Assembly: GCA_041650835.1 (NCBI GenBank)
Contig: JBAZKL010000001.1
Coordinates: forward strand, 299,931 to 363,930
Reading direction: 5' to 3'
From: Candidatus Omnitrophota bacterium
GTDB lineage: Bacteria; Omnitrophota; Gorgyraeia; Gygaellales; Profunditerraquicolaceae
DNA: 64,000 nucleotides
Part shown: in pieces, positions 46,721 to 55,585 of the stretch
Layout of the letters: each line of letters begins with the position of its first letter
Numbering within the stretch: the stretch's first letter is position 1
Made by a program: the position numbers and the translations under genes
The notes under the pieces: model-generated
What the model was told of the DNA's origin: nothing
The model's input: the letters and a program-made list of their open reading frames with translations, nothing else
Database searches by the model: none

Positions 46721-46756
46721 GATCAGCGCGCAGCGCGCACATCCTGATCATTGCGG

Positions 46757-47617
46757 CTATCTCGAATTTACAGGATCATCCCCGCTCACAGGGCCGGAAC
46801 GATTGAAGGGATAATATATCTTGATCACTCTGCCGATCAAGTCGCCTTTCGGGACAAAACCCCGGAACCTGCTGTCATTACTGCCGGCGCTGTAATCTCC
46901 AAGGACATAATAAGAATCCTGCGGCACAGTTACCGGTAAACCTTTTTTCCCGAACTTACCCCGGTTATAATATCGGATCCGCTTATTCCAGGATTCCCTG
47001 AGCTTCGCGCCGTTAATGAGAACAGCATGCTCTTTTAACTCGACTGATTCACCAGGTAAGCCTATGATCCTGTGCATAAAGACCTCACCCGGGTTCTCGG
47101 GAGACCTATATATAAAAACATCCCCTCTCGTCGGACCGGATTTCTTATACCCCCTCAGATCCACAAAAACACGCTCGCTCGCGTAAATTGCCGGAGCCAT
47201 TGAATCAGGAGGCGCGGAAAAAGAACGAATAAGATTATTTTCTATGAACACTTTTCCTAAATAAACCGGGTTTACTATCGCCAGGCAAGAAAGAATACCA
47301 ATTATATATATGATCATTCTCAACGGATGAGTATCCGCGGAAAGCTTACGCGCGAGATTATATTTTCTTACCTGGATATAAGCATCCACTGCGGCGATAA
47401 AATAAAGAATGAGCGGGAAAAAGAAAGGGATATACCAATGCCGGCTGATCTTTATTGCCGGCTGCAGGAAATAAAACAACAAACCCGCGGCCGGCGCAAT
47501 AGTCAACACGAAAGCGCTCACCCCGCGCGCCTGCCTGCCGGCATACACCTGCCCCAGGCCGGGTGACACTACAGATAACAACACCCCCATTAATGGTTCT
47601 TTAGCTTTTTTATTCAT
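46757..47617 (-). CDS. lepB: Signal peptidase I (S26) homolog with polytopic N-terminal extension and His in place of the catalytic Lys
   Basis: Box B APPDSMAPAIY (Ser), box D VFMHRIIGLPGESV (His where LepB has K145), box E GDYSAGSNDSRFRGFV. About 120-aa N-terminal region with 3 TM helices. Confidence 0.65.
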   Translation of the reverse strand: MNKKAKEPLMGVLLSVVSPGLGQVYAGRQARGVSAFVLTIAPAAGLLFYFLQPAIKISRHWYIPFFFPLILYFIAAVDAYIQVRKYNLARKLSADTHPLRMIIYIIGILSCLAIVNPVYLGKVFIENNLIRSFSAPPDSMAPAIYASERVFVDLRGYKKSGPTRGDVFIYRSPENPGEVFMHRIIGLPGESVELKEHAVLINGAKLRESWNKRIRYYNRGKFGKKGLPVTVPQDSYYVLGDYSAGSNDSRFRGFVPKGDLIGRVIKIYYPFNRSGPVSGDDPVNSR

Positions 47618-47770
47618 CCGGATCGCCTTTCTTAAAATCGGGAGGATCGGGGTGTTTCTCTTAAAATACCCCTTTGATCGAACAAGGATCTTTGAAAAAC
47701 AAAATAGAATTTGTAATTTCTTTCGCGGAATAATTCACGGAGGGAAACCCTGATATGTACGTTCAACTTT

Positions 47771-48391
47771 TTAGAAAATAAATGAGAACACAAAATAGCC
47801 CGCGATCAGAAAATACATGGCAAAAGACACATACGTATCCACGAACGCCATCCCCGCCGCAGCCATATATAAAACAGGGCCGAAAATAAAAGCAAGGTAC
47901 ATGCTTCTTTTATATGCCGGCAGCGTCACCGTTTCTTTCAAGAGCTCCTGGTGCTTGAACCCGTAGAATCTGATCAATACAAACGCGGCTCCCGCGCAGG
48001 CCATCACCAGCCCGTAGCTGGCAACCGCAAGCGGATTACGGGGATAATCTCCTGCCAAAGCCGTAGGGAACGGCACAAAACAGACAAACAAGAGCACCTG
48101 GACATTAAGCCAGAACAGGACAATATTGATCCCCTTAAACATCTCGAAGATCCGGTGATGATTGACCCAGACAATGCAAATAGTCAGAAAACTGACCACC
48201 CAACTGACGATCTTCGGGGCAAGCAGGATCCCGGCATTCCATAATTCCCCGGGGGAATCAACATGCTCTATATGAGGGACTTTTATTTCCAGGATCAAAA
48301 GCGTCACGACTATCGCGAAGATCCCGTCACTGAACGCCTCAACCCGGTTTTTACTGAATACCCCGTACTTGAATAACTTATTATTTTCCAT
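47771..48391 (-). CDS. TMEM175/DUF1211 family potassium-channel-like membrane protein
   Basis: RVEAFSDGIFAIVVTLLILEI is the TMEM175 signature (RxxxFSDGvFAIaiTLLvLEl). Six TM helices. Confidence 0.75.
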   Translation of the reverse strand: MENNKLFKYGVFSKNRVEAFSDGIFAIVVTLLILEIKVPHIEHVDSPGELWNAGILLAPKIVSWVVSFLTICIVWVNHHRIFEMFKGINIVLFWLNVQVLLFVCFVPFPTALAGDYPRNPLAVASYGLVMACAGAAFVLIRFYGFKHQELLKETVTLPAYKRSMYLAFIFGPVLYMAAAGMAFVDTYVSFAMYFLIAGYFVFSFIF

Positions 48392-48534
48392 GACGCGGAC
48401 GTTTCTATTGGTTTAGCTGTTCTGCCTCTATCCCCGGCATAGCTATACTATCATGTTTTTCTATTTTACCTTCTCTAATGATTTTATCATCCGGAAAATA
48501 TTTTACAATAGAAATCTTAAGCATTTCTCTCATT

Positions 48535-48590
48535 AAAAAGAAAAAAAGCGGCGCTCCTGTTTAAAAAACAAAAGCGCCCCCCTTTATCAA
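48535..48590 (-). terminator. Putative intrinsic terminator downstream of the giant gene
   Basis: On the minus strand: GGCGCU-(17 nt loop)-AGCGCC followed by GCUUUUUUUCUUUUU. Confidence 0.35.
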
Positions 48591-48594
48591 AATC

Positions 48595-51500
48595 CTAAAG
48601 TTTAGGATACGTCCCCAAAAATATCCCGCTTAATTCCTGCGGCTCTTGAATCGACTCAAGCACCACCAGGATATCGCCTAAGACAGGATCGGTTTCGCAA
48701 CAACTGTCTTCTTCTTGCCTTAAGATGCGCGCTATACATAAAATGATCTTATCTTTATAGCGAGCTGACGCATTTTGGACATATGCGGCGTACGTAAACT
48801 CCTGTAACCTTTGCGGACAAACATCTATCCCCGAACTGCTCACCCGTTCTATTTCCTGCCATTCCCCGGTGAGATCGACCTTTAACAACCTGCCCCGGCT
48901 CAAACCGGACATATTCGCGGTAAAATTTGTTATTGCCTGAGTAACCATAGGAAGAAAACGAAAATCAATCCCCCCCATATCATCCTTACGGAGAATTGAT
49001 GGTGAGCCTGCCGAACCATCGATCCCGCCCATGCCGCTTTCTACCGGAGAGCCGGATTTTTGGCTCACTTCTATCTCTGCTAAAATAACACCATCTCCTT
49101 CACCGAAAAAGAGCCGCGCGACCCTGTTCTTTTCGACGCCTAACTTGATGTAATATTCATCCATGGTTTTCCTGGCTGCAGGGAGCTTCCGGATACCGTC
49201 AATAATATCCATGACCATATCTCCGTTAAGCATGCAGAAAGGCATTTTCTTAGACTGAGCGTTCTTTGCCACCAGCAGCCCGAAAATTAACGAGAAGGTT
49301 TCATTGGCCGCGACTATCTTAAGAGCTGCTTCTTTTTCAGCATCGCTTAATTCAGTTGAATTCTTTATCGCATTGGTCATATGAGGATTATAGATCTCAA
49401 TATAAATATCGTGAAGTTTACGCAGGCTCTTAAAAGCGGCGGTGCCGGATAGAAGACGCTCTATCTCTACGTAAGTATTTAATATTTCCTCATCATGTAT
49501 GCCTGACTGCAGAACATGGATCGTCTCGTGCGCTAAATGTCCCGCGGAAGGGATAGCTCCGCCATAATAAATCACTCTCCCTGCCGGAAACGCTATCCCC
49601 GCTCCTTCAAGATACGGGTAGCCTTTAAGATTAAGATTATTTTCCCATCTTCGCTTTGAAAGCACTGTTACTTTCCAGCCGGCTTTTTGGATAAGCCCGG
49701 ATAAATATCGTATATCTATGTCAGTATCAGTTTTGGCGTCATTGCGAGGTACAAGACCGGCAGCAACTTCCCCAAACCCGGGTGGATCGACAAAGAATAA
49801 CAATGATAAAGCCGCTCCTCCTATAATAAAACCTCTCCTGCTCAGTAATGTTTTATTATTTGGCGGCCCGTCATTGCTTATCATAGATGAGGCGGCGGAC
49901 AGGTCAAACCGCAGGATTTGCTCATAGTTTTCTAATCTGTGTATTCCTTTCAACCTGAGCAAACCCCTCCCTCTTATTTCTTTAGGAGGGATTTTTATCG
50001 GCCACATATCAAGTTCTACTGCGTCAAAATCATCAATCGCTCCGATACAAACCCCAAACTCGTCATAGATCTCCCGCTCGACTTGCTGCATCCGGTCACG
50101 TTGCTCTTGTGTCTTATAAATTTCAACGCACATGTCTATATCAGAAGGATATTTGCGTTGAGTGCGCCCATATATTTTAAGCGCATCGCTATATGAAAGC
50201 TTTTTGGGATAAATGCCTAAACGGGGATTACGGCCCGTCATACCGCCGGCCAATCCTGTTATTTTCAACCCGATATTCTCAGCCTCCTCTATAAACTTAT
50301 TTATTGCGCGTTGATAGACGAACAATACTTTCTGGGCCGCCAGATCAGTATTGGCCACTCCAAAATCATCGAAGTACCGGCTGGACTCTATACCCTTATC
50401 CCGCATTCCCTTTATCTCCTGAACTATTTGTTCTTCAATGGATCCCATTCTCTCGCTTCTTGACTTTATTAATTCGTCCCATACATACCCGGCGTTGCGA
50501 TACAATTTCAACATTATTGCCCGCGTCCAATCACCTTTCAACGGTGAAGAAGCAGCTTCCCGGGAAGGCGCTGTGTTTATCTGCGGCCCTTCATTTGGGC
50601 CGGCCCCGGTAACAGGCGAACCCGCCTGTCTCGCGCCGGCGCCTGCCTCTTTCGCGAGAAGTTGCGCTTGCCTGTAGCGGTCCCCGATATCTACATAGGG
50701 AGTCTGACTCATGATAGCGCTTATAATTTCACTCTCCAGGATATCCGGCACATCTAAATCTTCCGCAAGCTTACCGTCAAAATTCTTTTTCCATACCGCG
50801 GACATACTTCTGCCTATACCCCTCTCCAATCTTTCCCGGAACGCGGTTTCCACATCAACATCTATTTCAACGGATTCGTCTACAAAAGACAGCGAGGTGT
50901 CGAAGGTCAGATCTATAAGAAAGTCCCTCGACGGCAGATGAAGCCCGGGCTTTAAATTACCGTAATCTTTGATCGAAGCGCACCGTAAAAACACCCCGTT
51001 ACCGTTGACATAGATCGTTCTTTGTTCATTTTCCGAACTTCCCTTATACGTTTTTGTATTCACCGTAACATCCTCAGGCAGCCACCAATCGATACCTCCT
51101 TCAAAAGGCGCGGATAAACTCACTCCTTTTGTCAAAACCACGACATCTATGTCCTTATGTTCTTTCAGGTCCGCATCTTTCTTTAAACGGTTATGCAAAT
51201 CCTTGGAAACACTTCCGACTACTATTCCAACCGCATTATGCTTTTTTAAGATCCTGTCCGCTACTAACAATCCTTCTTCTCCTACTGCCGCAAGAGGCGG
51301 GACCGGCTCTGTTAACTCCGGATCGAACTTTAAGAGTTGTTTCAACTGTATTTTTTGTTTTGAGGAAAGCTCCTGCCGCAGCTGCAGCGTTAATTCCATT
51401 CCGATAGGCGAAGCGGCAGCTCCTCGATAACTTAAACCTAATACAAATCTTACAGCGCTTTTATCATCCGGATCCGGCAATTGCCGCGTATATTCAACTG

Positions 51501-54500
51501 CCGCGGCTTCTCTTTCTGCAATACTCATGTCTTCAACTTCTTCCCTGTTCTCATAGATACGGAAAAGCTCGCGTTCTAAAGCGTGTTTTTCCCTCGCCCG
51601 CGCTATTTGTGCAGCCAATATTATCTTATCTTCAAAAGCCCGGTATAAATCATTATCGAAATAATACAGTAAAGCTGTGGTTGTGAAATCAGAATTAGGG
51701 ATGTTGCCTGAGCGCACCATGAAGAGGTCTTTCTCCTTTACAATCCAGGGAATAGTTCCCGTACTGGCCGGCAGCTCTCCGGAAAATAGCCCTAATCCCA
51801 GGACAACGTCACGGTAAGACCGGGTTATGGTTTCTTTTTCTGATTCATTCAACAGCGTTCCGATCAAAACAAGCGGATTATCCGCTTCCAGCCGGACCTG
51901 CCCGGTTATCCCTCCGATCATTTCCCCTAAAGTCGCATCAAAACGCGACCGCAGGAACGAATCCAGGGCCTGGTTATTAAAACCTTCTTTCTCAAACAGC
52001 CCCTGAGGCCCGAATAAAGCATCGTATGTAATCGAGAAATCATCCCAAAAATTTATCGCCGCCGCTGACTGTCCCATACGCGCTAAAAAACGCCTGTCTA
52101 TTGCGGCTAACCTGTCATTTATGGTCCCAAACATTTCCCCGGACGCAACAGCCACCTGCATCCTTGAAAACTCGTTTTTAGCATCTATAACCGCTGTTTC
52201 AAGCTCATTGACGAATTTAACATGGACATACGGCTTCTCTGGATTATCAGGTTTATCCAGCTTAACGATCATTCTCCTGCCGATAAACGCCTTTGAATAG
52301 AAATCCTGCACAACCCCGTAATAATATTTATCTTCACCTTTAACAACCACCCTGTCCCCTCTTTTGAATTGATGGGTGACCAGTTGCGCGACTTCGCTAT
52401 CAACACCAAGATGTATAATACGCCTGATATCCGCCATATCAAGTTCGGCAAACCTGCCGCTGGCGTTTTTATATATAAAAACACCGTTATTCTGCACACC
52501 AGGCGCTTCCAATACAACGGCCTTTTCTCCTGTCATTCTTACCCATGCATCATCTATGGTAACTTCACTCCTGGTCACAAACGTAACATACGTATGCCTG
52601 CTTATTTCCGGCCAAGCGGCCATTTCTTTGAGTAAGTCATTTTTTACAATTGATGGCACTCCAGGCAATTCACCCTGCAATAGCTCTTTTGATAAATGTC
52701 CTCCAATGAGGAAATAATACGCGTCCATGCCGTTATTGCCTGAATAATGCCCCCCCCGGCCGTCATTGACAATTATTTCTGCCACCTCATTGAGATTTAC
52801 TTTAGTCCCATCGGACATAATAACCATCGGGTTTCCGAATTCCGGAAACTCTTTGACAAAACCAGAGACCCGGCTTGTGACTTCCCGAGTATTATCCCTG
52901 CTCATGATCCCATATTGGATGTAAATAATATCCCCCTGCTTAATAGTCTTGATATTCCAGTCACGGGGATGCTTTGGCCATCTATCAGGATGTATTTTTT
53001 CTGCCGTATAAAGAGGGTCATACCCTAACTTCGCCGCATGTTGCTGGATCGTATCGGCTTCTTCCGGAGTCCATTTTTCCATATCAATATCTAATAAGGA
53101 GGCCAATTCGTCCAAGAGGCTCGCCCTATCTTCTTCGTTAACGACAACTTCCGTAGAGTATTTTTTCTTTAAAGCAGCCATTCTCTCTTTCTCGGCCTCA
53201 TTTAATTCCACCTTTTTTAAGAAATCATTAATGCCTTCGTCGTTTCTGTGGCGATTCAGCAAAGCTCTTACTTTTGAATCAAGCAGTTTTCTGTCGTAAT
53301 CATCATTCAAAACGATTTCCTCTCCCGGATTTTTACCTTTATAGTAATACCCCGGATACTGATAATTATTTCCCATGTTAGAAATGTATACGGAATAATC
53401 TCCGCTGGCGACCATACTCATGAACAAATGTAAACCCTGCCCAAGGAAATACAGGCGGATCTCCCACTGGCTGCTTGAATCAATTACCGGCACTTCAGTA
53501 TCTATTGCTTTCCAAACCCGCCTTTTGTCAGCGGAATAAACTAAGCCGTCAATCTTATCTTCATCCGACAACCGCGTTATTAATTGCCGCAACCCGCCCC
53601 GGAACTGCTCATGCCTGATAAGATCATGATGGGTTCTGGAGAGTTCACGCGCCTCATGATCAAGCGCTTCTTTTATTTGATCAGAAGTACCTTTTGCAAT
53701 AATATCTTCCCGTAAAAATAACCGGCCGTTCACCGCCGCCCCGTAAATCCTATTCTTAATAGATGATTCTTCCCTCACGATCAAACGGACAGTGTTAGCG
53801 CTGATCCCTAATCCCAGGAGCAGTGGGGCCAGGCGCCTTTTTTCTTCTTTGCTGAGCTCCCTGGTTTGCAGGGTTATATCCCTGGGAGAATTCTCCCCCT
53901 GGGACAGGAATTCTTCCTCGACCACACCGTCTTTTCCGGGAATCCTTACCGCACTAAAAAGAATTAATTTTCCATCATCATAAAGGTCCGCCCGGGGATA
54001 TTCCCAGCGCCCCATCGTTCCTCCAGCTTCCGGATTATCAGCATCAAACAAGCTCTTACGTATGGTTATCGAGCTTTTTTCCACGCTGAGCTCATCCCCG
54101 CTCCCGCCGGGAACAACTTCAACAGCCAGCGCGTATGGCAAAGCCGCAAGCACATCGACGGGATAAACTGCCGGGTATCTCAACCCTCTCTGAACAGCAT
54201 TTGCCATAGGATTATCCGGCTGTCCATGGCTGACTCCAAAATCTACCCCCCCGCTAAAATAGCTCCTGATAATCTGGCCCGAAGTAGTAGTCACTGTTTC
54301 GTGGAAGTTATATTCACCATTCTTAAATGATCTTTGATATTCTTTAAAATAGTCAATCGGCGACCATGCAACTTCTGAAGTAAGCCCCTTAAGGTCTCTT
54401 TTATCAATAAGCCGGCTATAGGATGCGCTTCTGCCGGAAAACTTCTGTTTAAACCACTGAGCTAGGATCAAGGAATAATACACCTGCCTTAAAGAAGCAT

Positions 54501-55275
54501 ATTTTTTAGAAGTATTTATATCCTTGGTCAGCGCGGGAATGATCAAATCACGAATAAGCTGTGAAGAATACGCGTTAAGCTCTTTCAAACGTTCATCTTC
54601 AAAGCTGTACTCTGTGGAATCCTTCATATAATCCTGTTCCAGCATTACCTTAAGTGTTGCTTTAAAGATATACGCGTTATCTTCGCTTTCCCGGATAATG
54701 ATCTCATCAGGGATGATCCACGGCCGCGTTAAGGTGGGGATCGTTACATTATCGCTTCCGAAGATTTCCCCTGCTTTTTTATATAGCCTGCTCCAATATT
54801 CCTTGCCTTGAGGATTATCGGGAGAGGTATAGTGCGCGGTATCTTTTTTTAGCTGCAGGTCTGACTCTAAAAGTATTTTTCCCACGTCGGTTGCGGCTAA
54901 AGCGGGGTCAATAACATTATTTTCTGAATCAGGCCTTAAATTCACCCAAAAGCAGTCATTGGGAAGGCTTACCCCTATAAAAAAATATTGCAGAAGCTGC
55001 CGGGTGGTTTCTTCGACCTGGGATGTTTTCGGTTCTTTTAAGTTTCCCTTGTCCAAAAGAAGCCTGAAATTATTGTTAAGCGTATCATAAGAAAGCGACC
55101 TTAAATGCATAGGCCGGAATGATTCCTGGACGAAATGGCTACGAATGCCCGCCAATTTTCCGGCGATGTTCAGTTCTACCGCGGCGGCCTGAGCGAAACC
55201 CGATTGCTCAAAACAAAGCAGAAAACATAGAAATAAAGAAATGATCTTAACGGTTTTATTGGATTTTAGCTTCAT
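48595..55275 (-). CDS. Giant secreted protein (2226 aa) of unknown function
   Basis: Signal peptide MKLKSNKTVKIISLFLCFLLCFEQSGFAQA. No family recognised by eye. Contains GS..DxD nucleotidyltransferase-like stretches (VGSVSKD...DIDVVVL; GRTQRKYPSDIDMCV), an internal twin-arginine-like segment SRRGFIIGGAALSLLFF, and HETIH. Confidence 0.6.
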   Translation of the reverse strand: MKLKSNKTVKIISLFLCFLLCFEQSGFAQAAAVELNIAGKLAGIRSHFVQESFRPMHLRSLSYDTLNNNFRLLLDKGNLKEPKTSQVEETTRQLLQYFFIGVSLPNDCFWVNLRPDSENNVIDPALAATDVGKILLESDLQLKKDTAHYTSPDNPQGKEYWSRLYKKAGEIFGSDNVTIPTLTRPWIIPDEIIIRESEDNAYIFKATLKVMLEQDYMKDSTEYSFEDERLKELNAYSSQLIRDLIIPALTKDINTSKKYASLRQVYYSLILAQWFKQKFSGRSASYSRLIDKRDLKGLTSEVAWSPIDYFKEYQRSFKNGEYNFHETVTTTSGQIIRSYFSGGVDFGVSHGQPDNPMANAVQRGLRYPAVYPVDVLAALPYALAVEVVPGGSGDELSVEKSSITIRKSLFDADNPEAGGTMGRWEYPRADLYDDGKLILFSAVRIPGKDGVVEEEFLSQGENSPRDITLQTRELSKEEKRRLAPLLLGLGISANTVRLIVREESSIKNRIYGAAVNGRLFLREDIIAKGTSDQIKEALDHEARELSRTHHDLIRHEQFRGGLRQLITRLSDEDKIDGLVYSADKRRVWKAIDTEVPVIDSSSQWEIRLYFLGQGLHLFMSMVASGDYSVYISNMGNNYQYPGYYYKGKNPGEEIVLNDDYDRKLLDSKVRALLNRHRNDEGINDFLKKVELNEAEKERMAALKKKYSTEVVVNEEDRASLLDELASLLDIDMEKWTPEEADTIQQHAAKLGYDPLYTAEKIHPDRWPKHPRDWNIKTIKQGDIIYIQYGIMSRDNTREVTSRVSGFVKEFPEFGNPMVIMSDGTKVNLNEVAEIIVNDGRGGHYSGNNGMDAYYFLIGGHLSKELLQGELPGVPSIVKNDLLKEMAAWPEISRHTYVTFVTRSEVTIDDAWVRMTGEKAVVLEAPGVQNNGVFIYKNASGRFAELDMADIRRIIHLGVDSEVAQLVTHQFKRGDRVVVKGEDKYYYGVVQDFYSKAFIGRRMIVKLDKPDNPEKPYVHVKFVNELETAVIDAKNEFSRMQVAVASGEMFGTINDRLAAIDRRFLARMGQSAAAINFWDDFSITYDALFGPQGLFEKEGFNNQALDSFLRSRFDATLGEMIGGITGQVRLEADNPLVLIGTLLNESEKETITRSYRDVVLGLGLFSGELPASTGTIPWIVKEKDLFMVRSGNIPNSDFTTTALLYYFDNDLYRAFEDKIILAAQIARAREKHALERELFRIYENREEVEDMSIAEREAAAVEYTRQLPDPDDKSAVRFVLGLSYRGAAASPIGMELTLQLRQELSSKQKIQLKQLLKFDPELTEPVPPLAAVGEEGLLVADRILKKHNAVGIVVGSVSKDLHNRLKKDADLKEHKDIDVVVLTKGVSLSAPFEGGIDWWLPEDVTVNTKTYKGSSENEQRTIYVNGNGVFLRCASIKDYGNLKPGLHLPSRDFLIDLTFDTSLSFVDESVEIDVDVETAFRERLERGIGRSMSAVWKKNFDGKLAEDLDVPDILESEIISAIMSQTPYVDIGDRYRQAQLLAKEAGAGARQAGSPVTGAGPNEGPQINTAPSREAASSPLKGDWTRAIMLKLYRNAGYVWDELIKSRSERMGSIEEQIVQEIKGMRDKGIESSRYFDDFGVANTDLAAQKVLFVYQRAINKFIEEAENIGLKITGLAGGMTGRNPRLGIYPKKLSYSDALKIYGRTQRKYPSDIDMCVEIYKTQEQRDRMQQVEREIYDEFGVCIGAIDDFDAVELDMWPIKIPPKEIRGRGLLRLKGIHRLENYEQILRFDLSAASSMISNDGPPNNKTLLSRRGFIIGGAALSLLFFVDPPGFGEVAAGLVPRNDAKTDTDIDIRYLSGLIQKAGWKVTVLSKRRWENNLNLKGYPYLEGAGIAFPAGRVIYYGGAIPSAGHLAHETIHVLQSGIHDEEILNTYVEIERLLSGTAAFKSLRKLHDIYIEIYNPHMTNAIKNSTELSDAEKEAALKIVAANETFSLIFGLLVAKNAQSKKMPFCMLNGDMVMDIIDGIRKLPAARKTMDEYYIKLGVEKNRVARLFFGEGDGVILAEIEVSQKSGSPVESGMGGIDGSAGSPSILRKDDMGGIDFRFLPMVTQAITNFTANMSGLSRGRLLKVDLTGEWQEIERVSSSGIDVCPQRLQEFTYAAYVQNASARYKDKIILCIARILRQEEDSCCETDPVLGDILVVLESIQEPQELSGIFLGTYPKL

Positions 55276-55382
55276 TTAAGCGAATTGTGGTTACCGATTA
55301 TTTTGGATAGAATATTATACTAAGTGTAACGTATATATAGGTAAGGTTTCAAGGGTATTTCGGGGCATTTTGAAAGCGTTTT

Positions 55383-55566
55383 CCGCGGCAGAAAGCCGCG
55401 TACCGGCGCAATACCGCCGCAGCAAGCGGCGTACCCAGCCGCTCCAATTAGGCTGGGTGCTATAAGCGCCGGGTGTAACGCCAGCACCCCAGCTTAAGAG
55501 GAATGCTGGGTGCGTCCTTGCTGGCCAGAAAGCCTGCCTGCCGGCAGGCAGGCCGCGTACCGGCAA
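55383..55566. repeat. GC-rich multi-hairpin repeat element, copy B, upstream of the giant gene
   Basis: cgcggc-AGAAA-gccgcg-GTAC, gccgc-AGCAA-gcggc-GTACCCAGCC, acccagcc-gctccaattag-ggctgggt, terminal direct repeat gccgcgtaccggc at both ends. Stem sequences are swapped relative to copy A (compensatory). Confidence 0.6.
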
Positions 55567-55585
55567 AAAGAAGAAGCCTTATTCT

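Noticed and set aside
46721-46756. Palindromic GC-rich spacer (tgatcagcgcgcagcgcgcacatcctgatca) between convergent SDR and lepB genes as a bidirectional terminator
   Set aside because: It is a self-complementary GCGCGC core without flanking T/A runs. It may be a simple hairpin, but the evidence is too weak to call a terminator.
49600-49660. Possible independent gene starting at the internal twin-arginine-like segment (SRRGFIIGGAALSLLFF) of the giant protein
   Set aside because: No in-frame Met, start codon or RBS near that position and the reading frame is continuous. Treated as an internal hydrophobic segment, but flagged in the findings.
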